Assembly (NCBI GenBank): GCA_947501605.1
Contig: CANMWZ010000011.1
Span: 44,228-108,227, forward strand
DNA from: Planctomycetota bacterium
GTDB lineage: Bacteria > Planctomycetota > UBA1135 > UBA2386
Direction: 5' to 3'
DNA: 64,000 nt
Positions within the stretch are counted from its first letter, which is position 1. Each line of letters starts with the position of its first letter. The notes below the pieces were generated by a model. That model made no database searches. It was given only the letters and a program-made list of their open reading frames with translations, and was not told the DNA's origin. This document shows positions 1 through 10,026 of the stretch, in pieces. A program made the translations under genes and the position numbers.

Positions 1-52
1 CGCGTTTCCTACGAGCCACGCACCGAGTAGGACTAGACCGGAAACCATCGCC

Positions 53-1171
53 ATGGCCCGCACCCACGCCGTCGTTGTCCTCGCCACCATCGCCCTCGGG
101 ACCGGGTTGTGGTTCTGGGCTTCCCAACCAGAACCGGACGCGCCGCCGCTGCCGGAGGTGCAAGCGCCTGCGGCCACCGACCAGCCCCGCGCGATCGATG
201 GCGCAACGGCTCGCAGTCGGGTCGAACCAACGGTGTCAGACGCGACCCCAGCACCAAGCCACGCCGCCGCCGATGCGACACCCGCAAACGGCACTGCGCA
301 TAACGTGACGCTGCTGGTCTACGACCTCAACGACCACACGCCGCTCCCGGCGTTCACCTGGCAATTCGTCGGCAACGGCAGCGAGCCACAGCGCGGCAGC
401 GGTGAAAACGGGCGCGCCGACCTCCGCTTCTCGCCGAGCACGAGCGGCCAGCTGCTGGTCGAATCACCGTTGATGGAAGCCCACACGCGTCGTCTCGACG
501 TGCCGTCAGCAGACATGCCGCCGCTGCAGGTCGATGTGTTCTTGCCGCGCCGTGCCGCCGCAACCGGCGTCACCTTGGTGGCGCGCGATACCGACGGCGC
601 CGCGGTGCCGCGCCTGCGCCTCGACTTGTGGCTGATGACAGAAGCGCAACCATTCCCAGCAGCCAACACGGACCCGACCGAGGAGCCCTTGTGGAAGCGC
701 ATTGGCGAAGACGCCGAAGGCCTCTTCGTACTGCCGACCATCGTGGCAGGCCGATACGTCCTTCGGGCCCAGCCGATCGACGCGGATGGCTGGGCAAAGT
801 CGTTGCAGCCAAAGCGCTTCCAGTTCGCCTTCGCTGGTCACGAAGCAGTGCCGCTCGATGCTCGCTTCGTCTACGGCCACGTCCTGCGGATCGAAGCCAA
901 CGACGACGGCGGCCCGGTGGCGCAGTTCACCGTCAGCACGAACGCGGCCGGGGCTACGGCGAGCGGGATCTGGTGGCAGAGTCGAGATCGCGACGGCCGC
1001 ACGGTCGTTGCTCGCGACACCGTGATGCTGCCTGGTCGCGTCGAGTCGTTGCTGGCGTTGCCACCCGCATACTACGAGCTGCAACTGCGCGCGGGCGATC
1101 GCGTGCTGCCGACGGCCTACGGACCGATGACGTTTGGCGTGCTCATCTACCGCGTCGGCGATACGCGCTAG
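53..1171 (+). CDS. Hypothetical exported/membrane-anchored protein
   Basis: 372-aa ORF with an N-terminal hydrophobic anchor (AVVVLATIALGTGLWFW), a Pro/Ala linker and a beta-rich remainder. Confidence 0.7.
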   Translation: MARTHAVVVLATIALGTGLWFWASQPEPDAPPLPEVQAPAATDQPRAIDGATARSRVEPTVSDATPAPSHAAADATPANGTAHNVTLLVYDLNDHTPLPAFTWQFVGNGSEPQRGSGENGRADLRFSPSTSGQLLVESPLMEAHTRRLDVPSADMPPLQVDVFLPRRAAATGVTLVARDTDGAAVPRLRLDLWLMTEAQPFPAANTDPTEEPLWKRIGEDAEGLFVLPTIVAGRYVLRAQPIDADGWAKSLQPKRFQFAFAGHEAVPLDARFVYGHVLRIEANDDGGPVAQFTVSTNAAGATASGIWWQSRDRDGRTVVARDTVMLPGRVESLLALPPAYYELQLRAGDRVLPTAYGPMTFGVLIYRVGDTR

Positions 1172-1174
1172 GGA

Positions 1175-2080
1175 TCAGTCTGCGACTGGCTGCCGCAGTC
1201 GTTCTTCGTGGGTCACGCCGAGACCTGCGGTGTAGCCAACCAGTAGCGCACCGCCGAGTGCGACCAATAGCTCGAACGGCGAGGCCAGCAGTTCCGTCGT
1301 GCGCGGCAACATCGCGACCCCGAGGTAGACGCCGACAGCCGAACCTGTGCACCACTTGCGCGTGTGCGGCAACACTTGCCAGAGCATCCCAGTGATGCAA
1401 CCCGCCATGGCCATGCGCACGAAGCTCGAGAGCCCCTCACTGAGCATCAGCGGCAGCGCGGCGATGAAGAACACGACGTAGGCGACCCAGAACCGCTCGA
1501 GCAATTGCTGGCTCTTCTGCGGGACCTCGTCCGAATCGACTCCAGGCAGTCCGGTGGCGAACTCGTTCTGCCACGAGCGTTGCAATCGCACCTGCTCCAC
1601 CACCGGCATGGCCAAGAACCAACCGCTCTGTTCACGCGGATCGCGGCCGGGGATCGGGCCGGCGCTGGGCAGCTCGACCGGGACCAGCAGCGCGGCGGCA
1701 ACACGGGCCGCGGCTCGCGGCTTCGGTGCTGCGACCGGAGACGCCATGATGGACTCGAGCCCAGCTCGCGCCTCGGGGCGTTGAAGGGACCGGAGCAGGT
1801 TCGATTCCGCGCTCTTCCCCGGCGCCTGCGGCGCGCCCTCTCTTGCGGGCAGCAGCATCGACGACGGGGGCGACGCATCGCGTTGGTCCAAGAGTCCCTT
1901 GTTGCCTAGCGCCGAGGGCGCCTTGGCACTGGCCCCTGGCCACGGACTCGCCACCACTGCACCCGGGCGCGCCGGCGCTCCCGACGTGGCCGCTGGCTTC
2001 GCCGCCGATGCCTCGCCCGGGTGCATTCCGGTCTCGTCCTCCGGAAGTGGATCCCAGTCACTTGCATCGCGGTTCGTCAC
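1175..2080 (-). CDS. Hypothetical membrane protein
   Basis: 301 aa; low-complexity N-terminal half and about 4 hydrophobic helices at the C-terminus; converges on the upstream gene with a 3-bp gap. Confidence 0.65.
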   Translation of the reverse strand: MTNRDASDWDPLPEDETGMHPGEASAAKPAATSGAPARPGAVVASPWPGASAKAPSALGNKGLLDQRDASPPSSMLLPAREGAPQAPGKSAESNLLRSLQRPEARAGLESIMASPVAAPKPRAAARVAAALLVPVELPSAGPIPGRDPREQSGWFLAMPVVEQVRLQRSWQNEFATGLPGVDSDEVPQKSQQLLERFWVAYVVFFIAALPLMLSEGLSSFVRMAMAGCITGMLWQVLPHTRKWCTGSAVGVYLGVAMLPRTTELLASPFELLVALGGALLVGYTAGLGVTHEERLRQPVAD

Positions 2081-2197
2081 AGGCGCTTCCTTCGGATGCG
2101 ACGCATGCCTGCTGTAGCAAGCGCTTCCCGTTCCGGGATTGCCGACGCCGAGATCGGCGCCCCATGCGCGTACACCAGCCTTTGCTATCGTGTTCCC

Positions 2198-2671
2198 ATG
2201 CAGTTCCTCCCCTCTTCAGCTGGGCCTCCGCACCGCCGTGACCGCGGCGGCGACCGGATCGCATTGGCGCGCCTGCTGCTGTTGTGCTGCTCGCTCGGAG
2301 TCGTTGCTACTGCATTCCCCTGGACCCACGTCGATGTCGTACGCCTGTTCGGCGAGTTCATGGGCCCCATCGCGGCGCGCACCAACGAGGGCTTCACCTG
2401 TGTGATGACGTGCCTGCTGACGGCGCTGCTCGTGCTCTCCGAAGGCCACTCGCAACAGTCGCGGGCGTCCGTGCGCAGCTCGTGCCCGTTCCTACTGGGG
2501 ACCGCGGCGGTCGTGATGCTGTGGCGAATGGTCGAAGGCCCAGGGGAATGGCGCGGCGTCGAGGTCGTCCACTCGGTTTGGTTCTTCGTCGCCAGCGTGG
2601 CAGTGGTGCTGGGCGTGTTCGTCGCCCGCGCAAGGCTCGCGACTATGAGCCCACCCGCTGCCGCCCGGTGA
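2198..2671 (+). CDS. Hypothetical membrane protein (about 4 TM helices)
   Basis: Hydrophobic ORF; ATG 2198 chosen because TGcTATCGT (2183-2191) lies 6 nt upstream. Confidence 0.65.
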   Translation: MQFLPSSAGPPHRRDRGGDRIALARLLLLCCSLGVVATAFPWTHVDVVRLFGEFMGPIAARTNEGFTCVMTCLLTALLVLSEGHSQQSRASVRSSCPFLLGTAAVVMLWRMVEGPGEWRGVEVVHSVWFFVASVAVVLGVFVARARLATMSPPAAAR

Positions 2672-4019
2672 GGTAGTAGACCACCGCACCGAGCAGCAGG
2701 CACAGGGCATCGATGGCGACCGCTTCCGGATTGTCCGCGATGTAGCCCGACACCAAGAACACGCCGAGCGCGATCTGCAGCGCGACGACAACCGGTGCGA
2801 ACGGCACCCGAAACGGCCGCGGTCGATCGGGAGCTCGACGGCGCTGGACCATCAAACCGAGGGCGACCAGAGCGACCGTGGCCGAGATGATGGGGATGGT
2901 GATCGAGATCAGGTAGTCAAAGCTGCCGGTCCACAAGAATGCGACGGCCATTACGAGCACCAGCAGCGTCGCCGCGGGTGGTGCCCCGGCGTCGTCGATG
3001 CGCCCCAACGACCGCAGTGCTAGGCCTTCTTCGGCGAGCACTCGCGCGATGCGCGGCCCGGTCAGAAAGTAGGCATTCGCGGCGCCGAGGAGGATGACCA
3101 TGGCGACGCCGGTCAGGATCAGCTCCCCGGAGTCCCCGAAGGCAACCTTGGCCACGTCGAGCGCCGCAAACTTGGAATGCGCGAGCCCGTCCGTGCCGAG
3201 CACGTAGAGGAAAGCTGCGTTGGCGAACACATAGAGTCCGCTGATGGTGATCAGTGACGTGAAGAGCGCCCGAGGCAGTGCCTTGCCCGGGTTCTCGGTC
3301 TCCCCGGCCATGTAGACCGCGTCGGCATAGCCGTCGTAGCTGAACAGAACGTTCTTCATCGCCGCCCCGACCGCTGCGAACAGGAGCCAGGGTGAAGTCG
3401 GCATCGCCGCGATGCCCGCCCCCGCCAAGGGTGTATCCGGCCCCGTCAAGAGAGTTGCCGCCGCTGTCACCGGTGCAGCCAACACGGAGGCAAGGCAGAC
3501 GAGTGTAAGCAGCAGCACCTTGGCGAGAAACAGCCCGACCTCGGTGCGAGCGCCGAGCTTCAAGCCACGCAGATTGACCAGCGCGAGCAAAGTGATCATC
3601 GCGGTGCCGACGATTCGGCCTTGGCTACTGGCGGCGCCGCCTTGCAGCGACGATGCGCCGCTCACGGCCAGTTCGCCGAACACTACGGCGACGGCGGCGA
3701 GCGATGCAGGCCACGTGACGAGTAGCATCGACCAGCCACACAAAAACGCGGTGAGGCGGCCGAAGGAGAGATGCAGATAGGCGACGAGGCCGCCGACCCG
3801 CGGCACCGACGACGCCATCTCAGCCAGGATCAACGCATCCATGGTCGCGACCAGGGCACCGAGCAACCAGACGCCAAGGATCCAAGGTGCGCTCGGCAAG
3901 GCCGCCGCAACTTCACCGGGCGTGCGCAAGATGCCCGAGCCCACCGCCATGCCGACGCAGACAGCGACGCCGGCAAGCGGTCCGAGAATGCGGCGGAGAT
4001 CACCGAGGCCGGAAGTCAC
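2643..4019 (-). CDS. APC-family amino acid permease
   Basis: About 12 TM helices; VGSGILRTPG, LAEMASSVPRVGG, FSYDGY, AGETENPGKALPRA and C-terminal RPFRVP motifs. Confidence 0.9.
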   Translation of the reverse strand: MTSGLGDLRRILGPLAGVAVCVGMAVGSGILRTPGEVAAALPSAPWILGVWLLGALVATMDALILAEMASSVPRVGGLVAYLHLSFGRLTAFLCGWSMLLVTWPASLAAVAVVFGELAVSGASSLQGGAASSQGRIVGTAMITLLALVNLRGLKLGARTEVGLFLAKVLLLTLVCLASVLAAPVTAAATLLTGPDTPLAGAGIAAMPTSPWLLFAAVGAAMKNVLFSYDGYADAVYMAGETENPGKALPRALFTSLITISGLYVFANAAFLYVLGTDGLAHSKFAALDVAKVAFGDSGELILTGVAMVILLGAANAYFLTGPRIARVLAEEGLALRSLGRIDDAGAPPAATLLVLVMAVAFLWTGSFDYLISITIPIISATVALVALGLMVQRRRAPDRPRPFRVPFAPVVVALQIALGVFLVSGYIADNPEAVAIDALCLLLGAVVYYLTGRQRVGS

Positions 4020-4075
4020 AGGCGCACCCTATCGCGAAGCCACGGGGTAAGGCACCACGCAACAACCTTCCGGCC

Positions 4076-6163
4076 TCACTTCGTCTTACGCACAGCCTCG
4101 AACACTCCCTCCGGCTGGCGGAACCGAGCAGCGGTGATCGCAGAGCCGTCGCCTTCGACAAAGCGGACTGAGTAGCCGGGCGCACCAGTAAGCCCAAAAA
4201 CCAGACCGCGCTGTGGCTCGAGATCGAACCGCTGACCCGGCAGCACGGCGACGAGTCGCTCGCCTTGGAGCGAGATCACGGCGGTCATCGAGCCGAGGTC
4301 GTAGTCACCGACAAAGCGCTCCAAGAACTGCGGATCGCGCAGGCGTGCGTCCGGCTGTCGCACAAAGCGAATCGGCTCGACCGCCGGCTCCAACACGATG
4401 CGCACGGCGTCGATCTCGCCCTCGAGATCGGTGAGGAACTGCACCTTGGTGCCCTCGATCTCGGGAGTGGCATCGCTGCGCTCGCAGCGGAAGACGTCGT
4501 AGTGCCAGTGCTGCAGCCGAGCGCCGATGCCATGCACGTCGAGGTGGAGCGCCGAGTCACGCAAGGCGACCGTGCAAGCGCCGTAGCCTTCGTGCCGGTA
4601 GTCGCCGGCGTATTCGGCGATCGGGTGCGACGGTTCGGTGCCCTTCTTCCGTTCCTGCTCGGCGCCCTTCTTGCCAGCCTCCTCCATGCCGTCCTGCTGC
4701 TCGACGCGCTGCAGCATCTCGCTGCGCCAGTCGCGCGCTGGCAGACCGAGCGCGCGGTCGGCGAGATTGCGAACAACGCACTCTGCGAACGGCGTCGCAT
4801 CGAGGTTGGTCAACACCACGAAGCCGTAGCCTGCATCGGGAAAGAACGCGACCAACGCCGAGAAGCCGTCGATGTTGCCGCCGTGGTGGATTCGACGGTT
4901 GCCGCGATAGACGTCGACGAACCAGCCGAGGCCGTAACCAACGTCGACGATGTCCTTGCTGCTGCGCGGACGCGGCGGCATCGCCATGTGCGCAGAATGC
5001 AGTTCGCGAACGGCATCGATCGGCAGCACACGGTCGCCGTCGATCTCGCCGCGCTGCAAATGCAGGGCTACCCAGCGCGCCATCTCGCGCGCCGACGAGT
5101 TGATCGAACCAGCCGGACCGATCGCAGTGATGTCGCGGAAGGCGATGCGCGCGACGTCGTCGCCATCCTTGCGGTAGGGCACGGCGTGGTCGTCGTCGCG
5201 CTGCATCCAATCGACGGCGAAGTTGCTGCGCGTCATGCCGAGTCGCGCGAGCACGCGCGAGCGCACGAGTTCTTCCCAACTGCTGCCACTGACACGCTCC
5301 GCCAAGTGGCCGGCCGTCAGATACATGAGGTTGTTGTATTGCCAGGTCTCGCGCAGATCGTGGTTCAACTCGAGGTAACGAAGGCGACGCACCATCTCGG
5401 CTCGATCGAACGTGGCGCCGTACCACACAAGGTCATGCCTCGGCATCCCGCTCCGATGGGTGACCAGATCGCGCGGTGTCACCCGCTCCGAGAGCGGCGC
5501 GTCGTGCAGCGCGAACTCCGGCAACCACCGCCGCACCGGAGTGTCCCATTCGAGCGAACCCTCGGCGACCAAGGTCGCCAGCACCAAGGTCGTGAACGCC
5601 TTGGTGCTGCTACCGATCGCGAACAGCGTGTCCGCGGTCACCGGCTTCTTGCCTTCGCGATCGCGCTCGCCGCTGGCAAAGGTCGCCAGCAGTTCGCCGC
5701 CCTTGACCACCGCGACGGAACATCCAGGGACGTCGAACATCGGACGTGACTCGTCGAACCAGGCCTGGAAGCCCTCGAAGCTGGTGACCGACGCCGCCTC
5801 GCCCTGGTCGCGGTTCAGGCGGAAGGTCAGCGCCTGCCCGTTCTGCGTGAACGTGCCAGCGAGAACCGCGCCGTGTTCGTCCAATTCACCGGCGAATGTC
5901 GGCGCGCCGGGCACACCCTGAATGGCAAAGCGCACGGTGCGGCCAGTGCACTCGACACCGCTGAGTTCGAGGTCCTCGGCACCCTGCGCAGGAATGTCGA
6001 TGCGGCCGCTGAGCGTCGCGCCCTTCTCGGTGAGTCGGACCACGATCGCGAGTTGTTGGCCCGGGATCTCGATCGCACCGCGCCAGTTGCCGACTGGCGA
6101 CTGGGCGAACAGAGCAGTGCAAGCGAACAGGAACGCGAGCAAACAGCAAAGGGGGTTACGCAT
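4076..6163 (-). CDS. Exported serine hydrolase (beta-lactamase/AmpC-like peptidase family, DUF3471-like C-terminal domain)
   Basis: Signal peptide; FAIGSSTK (SxxK), WQYNN (YxN), HGGNIDG motifs. Confidence 0.88.
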   Translation of the reverse strand: MRNPLCCLLAFLFACTALFAQSPVGNWRGAIEIPGQQLAIVVRLTEKGATLSGRIDIPAQGAEDLELSGVECTGRTVRFAIQGVPGAPTFAGELDEHGAVLAGTFTQNGQALTFRLNRDQGEAASVTSFEGFQAWFDESRPMFDVPGCSVAVVKGGELLATFASGERDREGKKPVTADTLFAIGSSTKAFTTLVLATLVAEGSLEWDTPVRRWLPEFALHDAPLSERVTPRDLVTHRSGMPRHDLVWYGATFDRAEMVRRLRYLELNHDLRETWQYNNLMYLTAGHLAERVSGSSWEELVRSRVLARLGMTRSNFAVDWMQRDDDHAVPYRKDGDDVARIAFRDITAIGPAGSINSSAREMARWVALHLQRGEIDGDRVLPIDAVRELHSAHMAMPPRPRSSKDIVDVGYGLGWFVDVYRGNRRIHHGGNIDGFSALVAFFPDAGYGFVVLTNLDATPFAECVVRNLADRALGLPARDWRSEMLQRVEQQDGMEEAGKKGAEQERKKGTEPSHPIAEYAGDYRHEGYGACTVALRDSALHLDVHGIGARLQHWHYDVFRCERSDATPEIEGTKVQFLTDLEGEIDAVRIVLEPAVEPIRFVRQPDARLRDPQFLERFVGDYDLGSMTAVISLQGERLVAVLPGQRFDLEPQRGLVFGLTGAPGYSVRFVEGDGSAITAARFRQPEGVFEAVRKTK

Positions 6164-6243
6164 GGCCCGCGCAGCCTAACGCCAGCGACTCCCCCCGCTG
6201 GCAGGTCCCCCACGGCCATTGTGCGCCGACCGCGGCGACTCGA

Positions 6244-8226
6244 CTACAGCTCCTCTGGTCCGCCGACGTAGCCCAGGAATGCGCTCGCCGCGACCACCAT
6301 AGGGCTGGCGAGGTAAACCTGCCCCGGACCCGAGCGGCCAGGAAAGTTGCGGTTGATCGCGGACACCGTGACCTCGTCTGCCGTGAACGACACTCCGGGC
6401 CCGGCCTTGATGCACGCGCCGCAGCTGGGATCGATCAGCTCGACGCCCGCACCCTCGAACAAATCGATGTAGCCCATCGTCTCGGCGTAGCGGCGGATGC
6501 GCTGGCTGCCGAACTGGATGTAGAGCTTGACGCCCTTCAGCGTCCGGCCGCGCTCGATCGCCTTGCGAACGACGCTCGCGTACATGTCCATGTCGGCCTT
6601 CTTGCCGCCGGTGCACGAACCGCCATAGGCGATCTGCACCCGGACCTGTCCGAGCTTGCTACGCAGTTCCGCGAGCGGGATGCCGTTGCGCGGATCGCCC
6701 GGGGTGGCGACGGTCGGCACCAGCGTTGACAGGTCGATGTCGAAGGTCTTGCAGTAGGTCGCGCCGGAGTCTGCCTTGACGATTTGGGCGCGGAGCTTCT
6801 TTCGATCGGTGCCGCGCATCGTCGCGATGTAGTCGACGACAACTTCGTCCGCTTCGATGATGCCCGTGAACCCGCCAGCCTCGACGGCCATGTTGGTCAG
6901 CGTGGCGCGTTCGTCGAGCGACATAGCGCGCACGGCGGAGCCTGCGAACTCGAGCACCTTGCCGATGCCCGCGCCAGTCTTGAAGAACTGGTCGCTGAGC
7001 AAGTGCAGCATCAGGTCCTTGGCACAGACGCCCGCGGACATGGTGCCCGTCAAGTTGACCCGCACGGACTCTGGCACCTTGACGCGCACGTCTTTGGTGA
7101 ACCACGAGTTTGCCATGTCCGTCGAGCCGACGCCGAACGCGAAACAACCGAGCGCGCCTGCCATGCAGGTATGGCTATCGGTGCCGATCACCAACTGACC
7201 CGGCTCGGCGATGTCCTCGATGACGATGTTGTGGCAGATGCCTTCGCTTCCGACCAGCTTGCCGTCGCGCTCCACTTCGCCGTAGAGCTTGATGCCCTGC
7301 TTCTTGGTGAAGGCCTCTTGTACAGTGGCGAGCGACGCAGCTTGTTCACGCAAGCCCATCTTGATGTGGGCTTCGGGCATGATGCGGTCGAGAAACGTCA
7401 GGTGGTCGCGGAACGCAAACACCGACGCCGGGTCCGTGATCGTCGCATTCTCGCCCAAGCCCATGCGGAACAGCGCCTCCGCCATCGGCGTGACATACTC
7501 GTGGCTGAACCGGACATCCGTGCGCACGAACAGCGCGTCGCCAGGCTTCACCGCGGCGATACCGAGCTTGCCCGTCTTGGCGTCGGCGATCGCTCGCTGC
7601 GCGATGATCTTCTCGCACAGCGTCATCGGGCGCGCCGCAGTCGTCACTGCCGGCGGCACGGTGCTGCCGGCCAGGCGCGCCTGGTTGTAAGCGAACAGAC
7701 CGCCGTGTCGGACGATCTCGGCGGCGATCGAGTCGAGGCCTTTGGTGAACTCCTCGATCGGGATCGACTCACCGCGGACGAGTCGCGGGATCAACGAGAA
7801 ATCCGTCGACGTCAGCAAGCCGATGTTCTGGCAGTTCTGGCCATAGATCTTCTCGATGTTCCTGGCGATGACAATTTGCACGCCCGCCTTGAGTTCGCTG
7901 TAGGGCGCAGTCTCACGCGAACTACCGCAGCCTTTCGACACCCCGCTGACGATCAGGCCGAAGCCGCCGTTCTTGATTGCATCGACCTTGATGTTGCCGC
8001 CACGCAGACCGACGAGGCAGTAGCGCGCCAACGTCTCGTCGTAGTAGTAGCAGACCCATCCAGGCGTGAGCTCGTCGGTGCTGATGTTGTCGATCAGCTT
8101 CTGCCCCTCGTCGAACGGCACGTCGAGCTTGTCGTAGAGTTGAGCCTTCAGCGGGCCCTGATCCTCGGTCAAGTAGAGAACGCGGCCCGCGAGCTTGACA
8201 CTAGTGCGCTGTTGCGTGGTCGTCAT
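6244..8226 (-). CDS. Aconitase-family hydro-lyase, fused small (LeuD-like) then large (LeuC-like) subunit
   Basis: N-terminal DNISTDE, GCGSSRE and GGL motifs, followed by TLCEKI, EGICH, GTDSHT, GGSCTG, SCGACI, NRNFPGR and YLASP; the three Fe-S cysteines are present. Confidence 0.88.
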   Translation of the reverse strand: MTTTQQRTSVKLAGRVLYLTEDQGPLKAQLYDKLDVPFDEGQKLIDNISTDELTPGWVCYYYDETLARYCLVGLRGGNIKVDAIKNGGFGLIVSGVSKGCGSSRETAPYSELKAGVQIVIARNIEKIYGQNCQNIGLLTSTDFSLIPRLVRGESIPIEEFTKGLDSIAAEIVRHGGLFAYNQARLAGSTVPPAVTTAARPMTLCEKIIAQRAIADAKTGKLGIAAVKPGDALFVRTDVRFSHEYVTPMAEALFRMGLGENATITDPASVFAFRDHLTFLDRIMPEAHIKMGLREQAASLATVQEAFTKKQGIKLYGEVERDGKLVGSEGICHNIVIEDIAEPGQLVIGTDSHTCMAGALGCFAFGVGSTDMANSWFTKDVRVKVPESVRVNLTGTMSAGVCAKDLMLHLLSDQFFKTGAGIGKVLEFAGSAVRAMSLDERATLTNMAVEAGGFTGIIEADEVVVDYIATMRGTDRKKLRAQIVKADSGATYCKTFDIDLSTLVPTVATPGDPRNGIPLAELRSKLGQVRVQIAYGGSCTGGKKADMDMYASVVRKAIERGRTLKGVKLYIQFGSQRIRRYAETMGYIDLFEGAGVELIDPSCGACIKAGPGVSFTADEVTVSAINRNFPGRSGPGQVYLASPMVVAASAFLGYVGGPEEL

Positions 8227-8233
8227 CGTGGCC

Positions 8234-9433
8234 TCAGATGCGCTCCAGGATCATCGCAATGCCCTGGCCACCGCCAATGCACGCAGACGCGCAGCCGAGC
8301 GACTTGCCGGACTGCTCGAGTTCGCGGACCAACGTCAGCAGGAGCCGCGTACCCGTTGCCCCGAGCGGGTGACCGAGCGCAATGGCGCCACCGTTGACGT
8401 TGCACTTGTTGCGATCGAGCTTCAGCTCCTTCTCGCAACCGAGGTACTGCGCCGAGAACGCTTCGTTGATCTCGACCAGATCGAGGTCTGCGACCTTCAG
8501 GGCCGCCTTTTGGCATGCGAGCTGGATCGCAGGCACTGGTCCAAGCCCCATGACCTCCGGCGGCACGCCGGCACTGGCCCACGACCGAATCCGCACCTTG
8601 GGCTTCAGGCCAAGTTCTTTCGCCCGCGCCGCAGTCGTGACCACCAACATCGCGGCCCCGTCGACGATGCCAGAAGCGTTGCCGGCAGTGACCGTCCCCT
8701 CCTTGCCGAAGGCGGCGCGCAACGAGCGCAAGGCCTCGATGGTCGTCTCGGGCTTGATGTGGTCGTCGCTCGACACCACGAACTCCTTCTTGCCGACCAT
8801 CACCGTCAGCGGCGCGATCTCGGCACCGAACTTGCCCGCCTTGACCGCAGCGGCGCCGAGCATGTGACTGCGCAACGCGTAGTCGTCCTGCTCCTCACGA
8901 GAGATCGAGCACTTCTTGGCGACGTTCTCGGCGGTCTGGGCCATGAAGAACTTGCAGAACGGGTCGTAGAGCGCTTGGAAGAGCAGGTCCTCGATAGCTG
9001 GGGCCTGGCCGAAGCGGAAGCCTTCGCGGGCGCCGCGGATGACATGCGGCACTTGGCTCATGTTCTCCATGCCGCCCGCAAGACACAGCTTGGCTTCGCC
9101 AACCAGGATCGCGTGCACTGCACTGACCACCGACTGGATGCCCGAACCACAGAGGCGATTGACCGTCAGCGCCGGCTTGTCGATGGGGACGCCAGCCTTG
9201 AGGGCGACGTGGCGCGCGCCGTAGATGGCATCGCTGCTGCTTTGCGCGGCGTTGCCGACGAAGGTCTCATCCACCATCTCAGCCTTGCAGCCGGTGCGCT
9301 CGAGCGCCGCCTTGGCGGCGTGAGCGGCGAGGTCGATCGCCGAGACATCCTTGAACTTGCCGAAACCGGGTGTGCCGGAATACTCCGCCATGGCGGTGCG
9401 GGCACCACCAACGATCACGAGGTCGGATTGCAT
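8234..9433 (-). CDS. Acetyl-CoA C-acyltransferase (thiolase)
   Basis: NRLCGSG, NEAF, GHPLGATG and CIGGGQG catalytic motifs. Confidence 0.95.
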   Translation of the reverse strand: MQSDLVIVGGARTAMAEYSGTPGFGKFKDVSAIDLAAHAAKAALERTGCKAEMVDETFVGNAAQSSSDAIYGARHVALKAGVPIDKPALTVNRLCGSGIQSVVSAVHAILVGEAKLCLAGGMENMSQVPHVIRGAREGFRFGQAPAIEDLLFQALYDPFCKFFMAQTAENVAKKCSISREEQDDYALRSHMLGAAAVKAGKFGAEIAPLTVMVGKKEFVVSSDDHIKPETTIEALRSLRAAFGKEGTVTAGNASGIVDGAAMLVVTTAARAKELGLKPKVRIRSWASAGVPPEVMGLGPVPAIQLACQKAALKVADLDLVEINEAFSAQYLGCEKELKLDRNKCNVNGGAIALGHPLGATGTRLLLTLVRELEQSGKSLGCASACIGGGQGIAMILERI

Positions 9434-9528
9434 CCGCAGAGCATCGAACATCGGAGCGGGCAAGGCAAGTTCGCGCCCACTCGTCAGTCACTGCAGGGAC
9501 GGCCCTTCTGACGGCCCACCGAGAGCTT

Positions 9529-9831
9529 TCACGAGGCGAGCAGCGGGGCGAGCAGATGGCGCTGGATCTCCGCATCGGCCGTTTGCCGTTCGTCCTCGAC
9601 CCGCAGGAGATCGAGCACGAGTTCCCGCTCGCGCTCCTCGAGTTCGGCCCAGACCAGGCGCAGCTCCGACGGCGCCCGCGGGCCGCGCGACCGCCGTTCC
9701 GGGTCCCAATCGCGCAGCTCCTGCTGCACCGCGCGCAGCGCCGACTGGAGGGCCAGTTGCTGACGCCGCAGGGCTGCACGGGCACCGACCAACGTGAACA
9801 AGGACGAAGGTGAGTCGTCGGGCTGGAACAC
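9529..9831 (-). CDS. Small coiled-coil hypothetical protein
   Basis: The C-terminal 100 aa of the listed 9529..10857 ORF are protein-like and heptad-rich (ALRRQQLALQSALRAVQQELRDW); GTG start at 9831 assumed. Confidence 0.5.
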   Translation of the reverse strand: MFQPDDSPSSLFTLVGARAALRRQQLALQSALRAVQQELRDWDPERRSRGPRAPSELRLVWAELEERERELVLDLLRVEDERQTADAEIQRHLLAPLLAS

Positions 9832-10026
9832 GGACGGCCTCCTCGGGCCCACCTGGGCCGCGGCAATGGCTGGCAAGAACCTCAGCGGCAGCAACCAAGT
9901 CGTCGGGACAGAGCCCAAGGACAGCTGCCACGACGCCACTAGTAACCCCGCGTGGCCAAGTTGCGAAACAGCGTCCAGCAAGCCCCCCACTTTCGCGCCG
10001 CCGTGCCGTCGGCAATGATCTCGCCC

